Below are positions 10,601 to 26,573 of a stretch of DNA of 64,000 nucleotides, in pieces (within the stretch, counting starts at the first letter, position 1; every line of letters begins with the position of its first letter). Source of the DNA: an uncultured Alphaproteobacteria bacterium. GTDB lineage: Bacteria > Pseudomonadota > Alphaproteobacteria > Acetobacterales > Acetobacteraceae. The notes beneath the pieces were generated by a model that searched no databases, was not told where the DNA came from, and saw only the letters and a list, made by a program, of their open reading frames with translations. The stretch covers positions 516,820 to 580,819 of the forward strand of contig CAVTKE010000012.1 in NCBI GenBank assembly GCA_963735225.1, written 5' to 3'. A program made the position numbers and the translations under genes.

Positions 10601-13600
10601 ATGGCCTTCACGACGCCCCCCGCACCGAACAACCAATCCTGGCAGTTCTGGATCGATCGCGGCGGCACCTTCACCGACATCGTCGCGCGCGCATCCGGAC
10701 GGGCAGCTCTCCACCCACAAGCTGCTGCAGCGAGAATCCCGGCCGCTATCGCGACGCCGCGATCGCCGGCATCAAGACGGTGCTCGGCGTGCCGCTCGAT
10801 GCGCCGATCCCGCCCGGCGTGGTCGAGGCGGTGAAGATGGGCACCACCGTCGCCACCAACGCGCTGCTGGAGCGCAAGGGCGAGCGCACCCTGCTGGTGG
10901 TCAACCGCGGCTTCGCCGACGCGCTGCGCATCGGCAACCAGGCGCGGCCGCGGCTGTTCGACCTCGCGATCACGTCTGCCGACGATGCTGTACGAGCGAG
11001 GTCGTCGAGATCGCCGGCCGCGTCGGCGTCGATGGCGAGGAGATCGAGCCACTGGACGAAGCACGCCGCGCGCGCAGGCCTTCGCCGACGCGCGCGCCGA
11101 CGGGCATCAGCGCCTGCGCCATCGTGCTGATGCACGCCTGGAAATATCCCGAGCATGAACGCCGCCTGGCCGAACTCGCGCGCGAGGCCGGCTTCACGCA
11201 GGTCTCCGCCAGCCATGCGGTCAGCCCGCTGCTGCGGCTGATCCCGCGCGGCGACACCACCGTGGTCGATGCCTATCTCTCGCCGATCCTGCGCCGCTAT
11301 GTCGATCAGGTCGCCGCCGAGCTTGCCGGCGTGCGGCTCTATTTCATGCAGTCGAACGGCGGCCTGGCCGACGCCGCCGGCTTCCAGGGCAAGGACGCGA
11401 TCCTGTCCGGGCCCGGCCGGCGGCATCGTCGGCGCGGCGCGCACCGCGGCGATGGCCGGGCTCGACCAGATCATCGGCTTCGACATGGGCGGCACCTCGA
11501 CCGACGTCGCGCTTTACGCCGGCGGCTTCGAGCGCGCGTTCGAGACCGCGGTCGCCGGCGTGCGCATGCGCGCGCCGATGATGGCGATCAACACGGTGGC
11601 GGCGGGCGGCGGCTCGATCCTGCATTTCGACGGCGCGCGCTTCCGCGTCGGCCCGGACTCCGCCGGCGCCGATCCCGGCCCCGCCTGCTACCGCCGCGGC
11701 GGCCCGCTGACGGTGACCGACGCCAATGTCTGCGTCGGCAAGATCCAGCCGGCGCATTTCCCGGCGATCTTCGGCCCGGACGGCGACCAGCCGCTCGATG
11801 CCGATGTCGTGACGGCGAAATTCGCCGCACTGGCCGACGAGATCGCGCAGGCCACCGGCGCAGCCGCGCGACGCCGCGCGCAGGTGGCCGAGGGCTTCCT
11901 GCGGATCGCCGTCGCCAACATGGCGAACGCGATCAAGCAGGTCTCGGTGCAGAAGGGCCACGACGCCACCCGCTTCGCGCTGCAATGCTTCGGCGGCGCC
12001 GGCGGCCAGCACGCCTGCCTGGTCGCCGATGCGCTCGGGCATGGAGACGGTGTTCATCCATCCCTATGCCGGCGTGCTGTCGGCCTATGGCATGGGTCTT
12101 GCCGACCAGACCGTGATGCGCGAGCAGGCGGTCGAGATCCCGCTCGAGCCGCACGCGCATGGCCGGAACTGGACGCGCTCGCCGACCGGCTGGCGCGACG
12201 AGGCGACGGCGGCGCTGGCGGCACAGGGCGCCGATCCGGCGCGCATCGACCGCGCAGCGCACCGCTGCATCTGCGCTATGCCGGCACCGAGGCGGCGCTG
12301 ATCGTGCCGCTGCGCGACGTGCCGCGAGATCGTCGCCGACTTCACCGCGGCGCATCGCGCGCGCTTCGGCTTCGCCACGCCGGACCGGCCGCTGGTGGTC
12401 GAGGCGGTGGCGGTCGAGGCGATCGCGCCCGGCGAGCCGGTGCACGGAAGCGACGCTCGCCGCCCGCGACCGGCGGCGCGCCGCGAGCCGATCGACACGA
12501 TCGCGATGTTCACCGGCGACGCCGAGCACGCCGCGCCGGTGTTCGACCGCACCGCTCTGCTGGCGGGCGACCGCATCGCCGGCCCGGCGCTGATCCGCGA
12601 GGCCAACGCGACCACGGTGGTCGAGCCGGGCTGGACGCGCCGAGGTCACCGCGCTCGATCACATGATGCTGCGCCGCACCGAGCCGCTGCGCGACGCGCG
12701 TGCCGGCCGGCAGCGACCGGCCCGATCCGGTGCTGCTCGAACTGTTCAACAACCTGTTCATGAACGTGGCCGAGCAGACCGGCGCGGTGCTGCAGAACAC
12801 CTCGATGAGCGTCAACATCAAGGAGCGGCTGGATTTCTCCTGCGCCATCTTCGACGCCGAGGGCCGCCTGGTGGCCAACGCGCCGCACGTGCCGGTGCAT
12901 CTCGGCGCGATGGGCGAGAGCGTGCGCACCGTGCTGAACAACCGCGCGCGACACGCTGAAGCCGGGCGACGTCGTCGCGCTGAACAATCCGTTCAACGGC
13001 GGCACGCATCTGCCGGATGTCACCGTCATCACGCCGGTGTTCGACGAGACCGGCGCGCGACATCCTGTTCTTCGTCGGCAGCCGCGGCCACCACGCCGAT
13101 ATCGGCGGCATCACGCCCGGCTCGACGCCGCCCGTCGTCGCGCACGCTGGAGGAGGAAGGCGTCGTGATCGACGATTTCCTGCTGGTCGACGGCGGCCAC
13201 TTCCGCGAGGCGGAATTCCGCGCGCTGCTGGCCGGCGCGAAATATCCGGCGCGCAGCCCCGACGTGAACGTCGCCGACATCAAGGCGCAGGTCGCGGCGA
13301 ACGAGAAGGGCGTGCAGGAACTGCAGCGCGTCGTCGCGCAGTACGGCTGGCCGACGGTCAGCGCCTACATGCGCCACGTCATGGACAATGCCGAGGAGTA
13401 GGTGCGCCGGGTGATCGACCGCATCGGCGAGCGGCTCGTTCGACTACACGATGGACAACGGCTCGCCGCTGCGCGTCGCGGTCAGCGTCGATCACGCCAG
13501 CGCGCAGCGCGGTGGTCGATTTCACCGGCACCGGCGCGCAGCGCGAGGGCAACTTCAACTCGCCGCCGGCGGTGACCCGCGCCGCGGTGCTGTACGTGTT

Positions 13601-14260
13601 CCGCTGCCTGGTCGGCGACGACATCCCGCTGAACGACGGCTGCCTGAAGCCGCTGCGCCTGATCATCCCGCCGGGCACGTTCCTGTCGCCGCAGCCGGGC
13701 GCGGCGGTCGTCGCCGGCAACACCGAGGTCTCGCAGGCCACCTGCAACGCGCTGTTCGGCGCGCTGGAGCCGATCGCCTGCTCGCAGGCGACGATGAACA
13801 ACTTCCTGTTCGGCGACGCGACCCGGCAGTACTACGAGACGATCTGCGGCGGCACCGGCGCCGGGCCCGGGCTTCGACGGCACCTCGGCGGTCCAGACGC
13901 ACATGACCAACACGCGCATGACCGATCCCGAGGTGCTGGAACTGCGCTATCCGGTGCGGCTGGAGCGCTTCGCGCATCCGCCGCGGCTCCGGCGGCGACG
14001 GCAAGTGGCGCGGCGGCGACGGCGCGATCCGCCGCATCCGCTTCCTCGAGCCGATGACCGCGGTCATCGTCTCCTCGCGCCGCAACGTCGCGCCGTTCGG
14101 TCTGGAGGGCGGCGCGGACGGCGCGGCCGGCCGGCAATGGGTCGAGCGCGCCGACGGCACGCACGAGATCCTGACCGGCACCGACAGCGCCGAACTGAAC
14201 CCAGGCGATGTGTTCGTGATCGAAACGCCGGGCGGCGGCGGCTACGGGGCCGCTGCCTGA
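10601..14260 (+). CDS. fused hydantoinase A/B family protein (5-oxoprolinase/acetophenone carboxylase-like), frameshifted
   Basis: Starts [29 protein letters not shown]. The HyuA part has [28 protein letters not shown]. The HyuB part has [62 protein letters not shown] and ends ...[13 protein letters not shown]. At least 5 frame changes. Confidence 0.8.
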
Positions 14261-14280
14261 CGTGACCGCGCCGGCACACC

Positions 14281-17243
14281 GTGCTGGCTCGGATGTCGCG
14301 GCGGTCTGCCGCTCTGCTGCTGCTCGCCGTCTGGCAGGTGCCGCAATGGCTCGACTGGAACCGCTATCGCGCCACGATCGAGGTGCTGGCATCGGCGACA
14401 CTCGGCCAGCCGGTCACCATCGACGGGCCGATCACGCTCACGCTGCTGCCGCAGCCGGTGCTGACGGCGGCGCAGGTCAACAGTGGCGGCGAGCCGGCGG
14501 CCGACCGCGTCGATCCGTGTCGAGGCACTGCGGCTGCGCGTGGCGCTCTGGCCGCTGCTCGGCGGACGTGTCGATGCGCGCGAACTGGTGCTGCGCGGCC
14601 CGGACCTGCACCTCCCGTGGCCGGCTGGCGCCGGATGCGCTGGTGCCGCGCCCGCCGGCCTGGCTGTCGCGGTCTCGGCGCGGATCGAGGACGGCCGGCT
14701 CACCGTCGGGCGGCTCGCGTTCACCGGCATCGACGCGACGCTGAACACCGCCGACAGACCGGCGCGCTGTCGGCGTCCGGCACGGCGCAGCTTCCGGGCG
14801 CGACTGGCACTTCACCGCGCGGCTCACGCGCCCGGGCGGCGACGGCTCGGCCGGGCTGAACGTGACGCTGGACGGGCAGGGCAAGGCCAACGGGCTCGGC
14901 GCGCGCTTCCGGCCAGATCGGCGCCGGACGGCACGCTGGCCGGGCCGATCGCAGCCGCGGACCGAACCTGTCGGTGCTGCTGCCGACACCGCCGGTGCCG
15001 TTCCGCGCCGATGGGCGGCTGACCGTCGCCGGCGGCCTGGCGGCGGTCGACGATCTGGCACTCGAGATCGGCGGCTCGCCGGCCCGCGGGGCGGTGGCGC
15101 TGCGGGTGCGCCGACCCAGCGGCTCGACATCGCGCTGGCGGCCAGCCGGCTCGACCTCGACGCCTGGCTGCCGGTGCTGCTGCGCGGCCCGGAGGACGAT
15201 TGCCGCGCCTGCCGATCGGCATCGACTTCTCGGCCGAGGCCGGCGCCGCTCGCCGGCGGCACCTGGCGCGGGCTGCGCGCCGCATTCGATCTGGCGGACG
15301 GGGCGATGGTGGTCCGCGAATTGCGCGCGATCCTGCCGGGCGATGCCGCATTGCAGGTGTCCGGCCGCGCGACGTCGCGCGATGCGAAGTCGGTGCCGCC
15401 GCGGCCGGGCCGGTTCGAAGGCGATGTCGCGATCGCCGCCGCCTCGTTGCGCACCACGCTGGCGTGGCTGAAGGGCGCGGGCCTGCCGATCGCCGACGAG
15501 TGGCCCTCGGGGGTGCTGCGCAGTGCTGAGCTCTCGGGGCATGTGGTGGTCGAACCCGGGCAGATCGCGGTCGAAAAGCTAGCCGGCACATTGGATGGCA
15601 GCGGCGTCGGCGGCAGCCTCACGCTGCGGCTCGCCGCGCTGGCCGAACCGCCCGCCGCTGGGGCGAAGGCGCCGCGCCCGGCGATCGGCGCTGGCCTGAC
15701 CATCGACCGGCTGGACCTCGATCCATGGCTGCCGGCGCGGCTGCCGACGCTGGCACAGATCTCGTCCGGCATCGCCACGTTCGATGTCGATTTGCGGCTG
15801 GAGGCGAAGGAGGCGCTGGTCGCGGGGGTGAAACTGGGGCCGCTCTCGCTCGACGCCGCGGCGGATTCCGGACGCTTGACGCTGCGGCGGTTGGATTTCG
15901 TAACCGACGGCGCACACGCGGCGGCATCGGGGAGCGTGGCGGAGGGGCGAATCGTCGAAGGGCGGCTCGATATCCAGGCACCCCAGGCGATGCCGTTGGC
16001 CGCCTTGCTGCCGGATCAGCTGGCTTTCCTGGCCAGCCGCGTGCCGGGACTCTGGCGCTCGCCGGCCAATTTGCAGGTGCTGGCCTCCGGCGGCCCTGAG
16101 CAACTCGGACTGAAAATCACCGGCGACGTCGGCGACCTGCGGTTGGAGGCGCAACCGACGCTGGACCTCAACGCCGGCACGTCGGCGGGCGTCGTCACGC
16201 TGCGCCACCCCGGCGCGCCGCGGCTGCTGGAGGCACTTGGCGTTCCCGGCGCGCCGTCCTGGCTGGGCGACGGGTCGTTGAGCCTGGTCGCACAGATCTC
16301 GGTCGGCGGCGGCAAGATCGCCGCGGACAGCTTTGACATCACGGCCGGCGCATTGCGTGCCAGGGGGATGCTGGCGGTGCAACGGACCGCAACTGGCAAC
16401 AGCATTTCCGGGCGGGTGACGGCCGAAACCCTGACCTTGCCGCTGCCATATATCAGGTCGCCGGACCCAATGCCGCTGGCAGCACTGGCGGGATGGCAGG
16501 GATCGGTGAAGCTGGAGGCGGGGCAGGTGCTCGCGGGCATGTCGCCGGTACTGGAACAGCTCTCGGCGACGCTGAACCTCGCGGACCAGGCGTTGCGCAT
16601 CGAGGGCCTCACGGCCAGGCTGGGCGGCGGGGCGGTGCAGGCGACGTTTGGGATGGATTTCAAGACCACGCCGCCGGATTTGTCGCTGACGGCACAGGTG
16701 GCCGGCGCGCAGGTTTCTTCCCCGTTGTTGGATCTGCCGGTCGACCTCACCGAGGGCACGCTGGATGGGCGGGTCTCATTGACCGCGGCGGGCTACTCGC
16801 CGGCGGCGTTGCTCGCGACACTTGGCGGCGAGTTGAACCTGTCGGTGCGAGACGGCGTGCTGGCGGGGGTCGACCTCGCGGCGATCGACCTCGCCCAGGA
16901 TCTGCCCGATGCGGCGGTGGCGCGGGCGCTGGAAGGTGGCACGACGCCGTTCGTGCGGCTCGACGTCTCGGCAAAGGCCGATGGCGGCAATGTCCGGCTG
17001 GACTCCGCAACCGCCGTCGGGCCGGCTGGAACGATCGCGATCGCCGGCAGCTTCAACCTGCCGGGAGCGGCCGCCGACCTGCGGTTGGCGCTGCGGCCGA
17101 AGCTTCCCGACAGCCTCGACGCCGCGCAAGGCGCCGTCCCGCCGGAAATCGGCCTGCGATTGAACGGCGCGCTCGACGCGTTGCACCGTACGCCTGAACT
17201 CGCCGACCTCACAAGCTGGCGGGCCGCGCACGCCACGCAGTAG
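14281..17243 (+). CDS. AsmA-family outer-membrane assembly protein (frameshifted near 14860)
   Basis: The N-terminus MLARMSRRSAALLLLAVWQVPQWLDWNRYRATIEVLASATLGQPVTIDGPITL is an AsmA N-terminal domain. The rest is a long Ala/Gly/Leu-rich repetitive body ending at 17243. Confidence 0.7.
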
Positions 17244-17246
17244 CCT

Positions 17247-17492
17247 TCACGCGTGCGGGCGCGGCTGTCGATCGTCGAGCACGCCGTAGGCGAGATGCAC
17301 GAGATGTTCCGCGGTCACGGCGAAGCCGGCGCGGTCCGCTTCCTCGGCCAATCTTATCAGTTGTTCGCACAGCATCAGCGGGCTGGGCGGAGTCGTCGAT
17401 GCGGTCACGGCGGCAAGCTGGGGCATTTGACCATTTCCAATCGGGTTTTCCCGCACGGCATGGCACTGGATGGATGTGCGGCAGGGCAGCAT
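17247..17492 (-). CDS. small hypothetical protein (DUF-type, partner of the RHH protein)
   Basis: 81-aa ORF, possibly starting at the internal MPQLAAV. It sits 45 bp downstream of the RHH gene on the same strand, convergent with the asmA stop. Confidence 0.4.
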   Translation of the reverse strand: MLPCRTSIQCHAVRENPIGNGQMPQLAAVTASTTPPSPLMLCEQLIRLAEEADRAGFAVTAEHLVHLAYGVLDDRQPRPHA

Positions 17493-17537
17493 TTGGCCGC
17501 CCTGCGAGGATTGAGCAGCAGTTTGTTTACCCAGTGG

Positions 17538-17893
17538 TTAATGCGAGGCGGCCGGTGCCGCTGCATTCATCAACGCATGCACGCGCAAGGCGGATGCCAG
17601 CGGCGTGCCGGGGTCGCGGGCGGCATCGAGTTCGGCCACCAGCGACACCAAGGTCCGGTCGCCTGCCTCGGCGATCCGCGCGAGCGCCGTCCAGAATTCC
17701 ACCTCCAGCGCCACGCTGGTGCGGTGCCCGGCGAGGGTGAAGCTGCGCTTGACCAGTGGCCGGGCCGACTCGCCGCTTCGTGGCGGCCCTCCCAGCCGGC
17801 GTGCCGCCCGGGCCCAGCCATCATCGTCGGGACGCACCCAGCGGTCGAAATCCTCGGGCCGCTGACGAAGCCAAGCTTTTCCGCCGCCTCGCT

Positions 17894-17915
<22 letters not shown>
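17538..17915 (-). CDS. ribbon-helix-helix domain protein (RHH_4-like)
   Basis: 125-aa intact [44 protein letters not shown] matches the short alphaproteobacterial RHH family. Confidence 0.6.
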
Positions 17916-19204
<1,289 letters not shown>

Positions 19205-19214
19205 GTCGTCTCTC

Positions 19215-20260
<1,046 letters not shown>

Positions 20261-20270
20261 GGCAGGGGCG

Positions 20271-20740
20271 CTACCCACGCCCGCGATAGGCGGCGACACC
20301 CTGGTCCGGGATCCAGGCACCCTCGGGCGGCGCGCCGGTCTGCCAGAACACGTCGATCGGCATGCCGCCGCGCGGATACCAATAGCCGCCGATGCGCAGC
20401 CAGACGGGATCGAGCAGCGCCACCAGCCGATCGCGCGATCTGCATGGTGCAGGCCTCGTGAAAGGCGCCGTGGTTGCGGAAGACGGCCGAGGAACAGCTT
20501 CAGCGACTTGCTCTCGACGATCCAGTCGCCGCGGGATGTAGTCGATGACGATATGCGCGAAATCTGGCTGCCCGGTGAGCGGGCAGAGCGAGGTGAATTC
20601 CGGACAGGTGAAGCGCACGACATAGTTCTTGCCGAGGCCGGGGTTGGGCACGCGCTCCAGCATCGCGTCCGTCCGGGCGTGGCCGGAATCGCTGTCGCGT
20701 GGCCGAGTTGGGTGAGGCCGGCGTAAGTTTCGTCGGTCAT
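20271..20740 (-). CDS. queF: NADPH-dependent 7-cyano-7-deazaguanine reductase QueF (unimodular, frameshifted)
   Basis: N-terminus [19 protein letters not shown]. Then [40 protein letters not shown] and [23 protein letters not shown]. Confidence 0.85.
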
Positions 20741-21860
<1,120 letters not shown>

Positions 21861-21863
21861 GCG

Positions 21864-22920
21864 TCATGCCGCACGCTCCAGCAGCGAGGCGTCGCCGTAG
21901 GAGTAGAAGCGATAGCCGTGGGCGATCGCGTGCGCGTAGGCGGCGCGCATGCGCGCGGTACCGGCGAACGCGCAGACCAGCATGAACAGCGTCGAGCGCG
22001 GCAGGTGGAAATTGGTCATCAGCAGATCGACGCGCGGAAGCGGTGGCCGGGCAGGATGAACAGATCGGTGTCGCCGGCGAACGGATGGATTTTGCCATCT
22101 GCCGTGCGCCGCGGTTTCCAGCAGCCGCAGCGTGGTGGTGCCGACCGCGACGATGCGGCCGCCCTGCTGGCGGGCGTCGTTGATCGCGGCCGCCGCCTCG
22201 GCGGAGATCTCGCCGCGCTCGGCATGCATACGGTGGTCGCGCGACATCGTCATCGGCGCACCGGCAGGAACGTGCCGGCGCCGACATGCAGGGTGACGCG
22301 TGGCGCGCCGCACGCCGCGCCGCTCGCAGCGCAGTCGAGCAGGCCCGGGGTGAAATGCAGCCCGGCGGTCGGTGCGGCGACCGCACCTTCGCTTCGGGCG
22401 AAGATCGTCTGGTAATCGGCGGCGTCGGCTTCGCTGCGGCCCGGTCGGCCGCGCGATGTAGGGCGGCAGCGCCAGCGCGCCGGCATTGGCGCAAGGCCCT
22501 CGCGAAATGCAGCACCGTCGAGGTTGAAGCGCCAGTGCGACGCCGCCATCCGCGTCGCGATTCGCACTTGGGCGCACGAGCGTGTCGCTGCCGTCGAATG
22601 CCAGCACGTCGCCGACGTGCAGCCGGCGGGCGTTGCGGGCGAGCGCGTGCCAGGCGCCGTCTGGCGCGGCCGATCGAGCGTGATGCCGATGCGCGCCGCA
22701 CCGCGCCGCGCGGTGAGCTGGGCGGGGATCACGCGCGTGTCGTTGGCCACCAGGATGTCGCCGCGCCGCAGCAAATCCGGCAGGTCGCGCACGATGCAGG
22801 TCGGCGTGGCGCGTGTCGCGGACATGCAGCAGCCGGGCCGCATCGCGCGGCCGGGCGGGGTGCTGCGCGATGCGGTCGGCGGGCAGGTCGAAGTCGAAAT
22901 CGCTGGCCTTCAAGGCGCTC
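21864..22920 (-). CDS. queA: S-adenosylmethionine:tRNA ribosyltransferase-isomerase QueA (frameshifted; start approximate)
   Basis: N-terminal region has [26 protein letters not shown]. The C-terminus reads [50 protein letters not shown]. Confidence 0.8.
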
Positions 22921-22924
22921 AGGC

Positions 22925-23444
22925 CGGCGTCGGCGCGACGCGCCGCAGCCGCATGCACCAGCGGGATGGCGATCAGCACCGCCCATGCCTTGCCGACGAC
23001 CTGCCCAGGCAGGAACTCCAGGCTGCCGAACGCCAGGCTGCAGGAAAATCACCGAATCGACCACCAGCCCGACGACCGACGGAGGCCAGCACCGCCAGCA
23101 CCAGGCCGCGACGCTGCAATGGCGTGTAGACCGCGAAATCGGCAAGTTCGCTCAGCACGAAGGCGACGCCCGAGGCGAGCACCAGCGCTGCCGGCGCGAC
23201 CAGCGACCGACAGCAGCGTGCCCGCCATGATCGCCGCCAGACTCCCCAGGTCCGACCGAGGCAGCGCTGCACCACGTCGCGCAGCACCAGGGCGACGCCG
23301 ACGGTGAGCACGCCCGACGGCGCCATCAATCCCGGCGCCACCGGCAGCAGGCACGGCCCGCTGCGGCACGCAGACGGTGCCGACATGGCCGATCATCCAG
23401 TTGGCGAGCGGGATCGCAGGCCAGGAAGCCAGGAAGGCGCGCAA
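22925..23444 (-). CDS. yhhQ: queuosine-precursor (preQ0/preQ1) transporter, YhhQ/VUT family (frameshifted)
   Basis: Hydrophobic ORF fragments: MRAFLASWPAIPLANWMIGHVGTV, SELADFAVYTPLQRRGLVLAVLAS and SVVGLVVDSVIFLQ. These match the DUF165/YhhQ signature (DFxVYxxLxR, DSxIF). Lies between queA and the VOC gene. Confidence 0.6.
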
Positions 23445-23486
23445 GCCCGATGCGCGGTCGCGCTCGGCATCGCATCAGTCCGTGCA

Positions 23487-23877
23487 GGTAGGAAGAGATC
23501 TCGATCAGGTTGCCGTCGGGATCGCGGCAATAGACCGACGTGCATCGGCCCGAGCGCGCCGGCTCTTTCCACCGGCCCCGCTCGATCGTGACGCCGCATT
23601 CGCTGCAGATGCGCGACCACGTCCTCCGGCCGCACCGCGGTGATGAAGCAGAGATCCTGCGCGCCAGGTGCGGCTGTCGCGCCGGTCGGCCGCTTGAACT
23701 CGCGTCCGGCTGGTCGCAGGTTCATCTTCTGGCCGCCGAATTTCAGCGCGGTGCGGTCGCTCGGCGCCGAATTCCTCGCGCTCCATGCCCGAGCACGCGC
23801 TGATACCAGGCGCCGGTGATCTCGACGTCGCTGCACGTGAGCACGATGTGGTCGAGCCGGTCGACGGTGAAGCGCAT
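23487..23877 (-). CDS. VOC/glyoxalase-family protein (frameshifted)
   Basis: [36 protein letters not shown] ... [19 protein letters not shown] ... [18 protein letters not shown]. Confidence 0.65.
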
Positions 23878-25440
23878 CACTCCATCCCGTCGTAGAAATC
23901 GTTGCCCTTGTCGTCGATCACGATGAACGCCGGGAAATTCTCCACCTCGATGCGCCACACCGCTTCCATGCCGAGTTCGGGATATTCCAGCACCTCGACC
24001 TTGCGGATGCAGTCCTGCGCCAGCCGCGCCGCGGGGCCGCCGACGCTGCCGAGATAGAAGCCGCCATGCGCTCTGCAGGCGTCGCTGCACCGCCTTGGAG
24101 CGGTTGCCCTTGGCGAGCATGACCAACGAGCCGCCGGCCGCCTGGAACTCGGCGACGTAGCTGTCCATGCGCCCGGCCGTGGTCGGGCCGAAGCTGCCGG
24201 TGGCGTAGCCGGCCGGCGTCTTCGCCGGGCCGGCGTAGTACACCGGATGGTTCTTGATGTAGTCGGGCAGGCCCTCGCCGCGATCCAGCCGCTCCTTCAG
24301 CTTGGCGTGCGCGATGTCGCGCGCCACCACCATCGTGCCGGTCAGCGCGAGGCGCGTCTTCACCGGATAGCGCCGAAAGCTGCCGCGCGGATCTCCGCCA
24401 TCGGGCGGTTCAGGTCGACCGCGACGACCTCGTCGCCGAGGATCGTCGTCGGTGGCTTCCGGCAAATATTTGGCCGGGTCGGTTTCCAGCTGCTCGAGGA
24501 ACACGCCGTCGGGCGTGATCTTCGCCTTGATCTGGCGATCGGCGCTGCAGGAGACGCCGATGCCGACCGGCAGGCTGGCGCCGTGGCGCGGCAGGCGGAT
24601 CACCCGCACGTCGTGGCAGAAATACTTGCCGCCGAACTGCGCGCCGATGCCGATGTTGCGGCGTCAGCTCCAGCACCTTCTGCTCCATCTCGAGGTCGCG
24701 GAAGGCGTGGCCGGCCCTGCTGCCGGTGGTCGGCAGCGTGTCGAGCCATTGCGTCGACGCGAGCTTCACGGTCTTCAGCGTGGTCTCGGCGCTGGTGCCG
24801 CCGATGACGATGGCGAGGTGGTAGGGCGGGCAGGCGGAGGTGCCGAGCGTCTTCATCTTGGTCTCGAGGAATTTCAGCCAGCTTCTCGGGCGACAGGATC
24901 GCCCGCGTCTCCTGGAACAGGAACGTCTTGTTGGCCGAGCCGCCGCCCTTGGCGACGAACATCAGATGCAACTCGTCGGCATGGTCGCTCGCCCGGGCTC
25001 GCGTAGATGTCGAACTGCACCGGCAGGTTGTTGCCGGTGTTGACCTCCTCGAACATCGACAGCGGCGCCATCTGCGAGTAGCGCAGGTTGGTTTCGGTGT
25101 AGGTGCGGTGCACGCCGCAGGCGCAGCGCCTCCTCCTCGTCGCCCATCGACCCAGACGCGCTGGCCCTTCTTGCCGAACACGATGGCGGTGCCGGTGTCC
25201 TGGCACATCGGCAGCACGCCGCCGGCGGCGATGTTGGCGTTCTTCAGCAGGTCGAGCGCGACGAACCGGTCGTTCGCCGAGGCCTCGGGGTCGTCGAGGA
25301 TCGCGCGCAGCTGCGCGAGATGCGCCGGGCGCAGCAGATGCGACACGTCGCGGAACGCCTGGAAGGCAAGCTCGGTCAGCGCCTCGGGCGCGATGCGCAG
25401 GATCGTCCGGCCGTCGCAGCTGACGCTGGACACGCCTTCG
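23877..25440 (-). CDS. fumA: fumarate hydratase class I (FumA/FumB-type Fe-S hydro-lyase), frameshifted
   Basis: [75 protein letters not shown] and [35 protein letters not shown], over at least 4 frames. Confidence 0.85.
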
Positions 25441-25444
25441 ATGT

Positions 25445-26098
25445 CTAGGCGTCTTCCACGGCGTGCGGTCCGGCCCGAGCGGGAACATCGGCGCGTAGAG
25501 GAATCCTGGACGGCCGCGGCATCGGCGCGTTCATCGGAGCGACCTCTACGATCTTTGGCGGCGGAGCGGCGGCGGAAGGCATCGAGGCTGACCACCTGCT
25601 GCTGTCGTCGCCCTCAACCGTGTCGGCCTCGTTCTCGGTTTCGCCTTCGGGTGCCGGCGCCGGCAGCGCTCGGCGGCGCTTCCTCGGCCGCCTCTGGCGT
25701 TTCGGTGCGGAAGCGCATGCCCTGGCGCACATACGGGTCGGCGAAGGCGGTGATCGCGCCGCAGCGGGATGCGCAAGGTAGAGGCGACGCCGCCGAACGA
25801 CAGGCCGACGCTCATCATGCCGGCATCCTCGTCGACCATCAGGTCCCAGAACTGGTGCTGCAGGACGATGGTCATTTCCTGCGGATATTGCGCCTTCAGC
25901 CGCGGCGGGATGACCGTGTCCGGGATGATCGGTGCGGAAGGTCAGGTAGAAATGATGCTCGCCCGGCAGCCCGTTCTCGGCGGCGACATGCTGCAGCGCC
26001 TGCACCATCACATGGCGCAACGCCGCCTCGGTCCAGTCGTCGTAGGGCAGGAGGCTTTCGGGGGGCTGTTCCTGCCCGGTGTCGCTGTCGTCTTCCAT
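25445..26098 (-). CDS. sspB: ClpXP adaptor SspB (alpha type), frameshifted
   Basis: [61 protein letters not shown] second frame reads [35 protein letters not shown]. The Ala/Pro/Arg-rich tail is typical. Confidence 0.8.
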   Translation of the reverse strand: MEDDSDTGQEQPPESLLPYDDWTEAALRHVMVQALQHVAAENGLPGEHHFYLTFRTDHPGHGHPAAAEGAISAGNDHRPAAPVLGPDGRRGCRHDERRPVVRRRRLYLAHPAAARSPPSPTRMCARACASAPKRQRRPRKRRRALPAPAPEGETENEADTVEGDDSSRWSASMPSAAAPPPKIVEVAPMNAPMPRPSRIPLRADVPARAGPHAVEDA

Positions 26099-26573
26099 CG
26101 GCGCCTCGTAGCTGAAGGGCGGTGCATAGCGCCTGGGGGGGCGGGGGAAAGAGTGGGGGCGGATTTTGCTGCAGCACAATGGCCAACGGGCCAGCCAGAC
26201 TCTCTGGTGTGCGCAGGTAAATGGGCCAAAGCACAGGGTAAGTTGGGAACCACCGGGCAAGTGGGGGGCTTCTGTTGCCCGGGGCCCCCCGAACCGCGCT
26301 TATCGCTTATGCAGCGACAGCGAGCGCCTCTGATTGTCATTGGCACTTGTGATATGGCCCGATAACGGCGGAACCATGCCGGGCAAAAGGTGAGTCTTTA
26401 CCACGCGTGTCGAGCCTGTTTCGCCCCCATGAGCCCCTGACGAGCCACCGGCTTCGCGGGAATGGTGGAGGCGCCGGGCACTGCCCCCGGGTCCACAACG
26501 ATTATTCCACGCACCGTTTATCACCATAGCCAGCAAGCCGGCAGACGGAATATAGGCGCTCGCCCGCGCCGAG

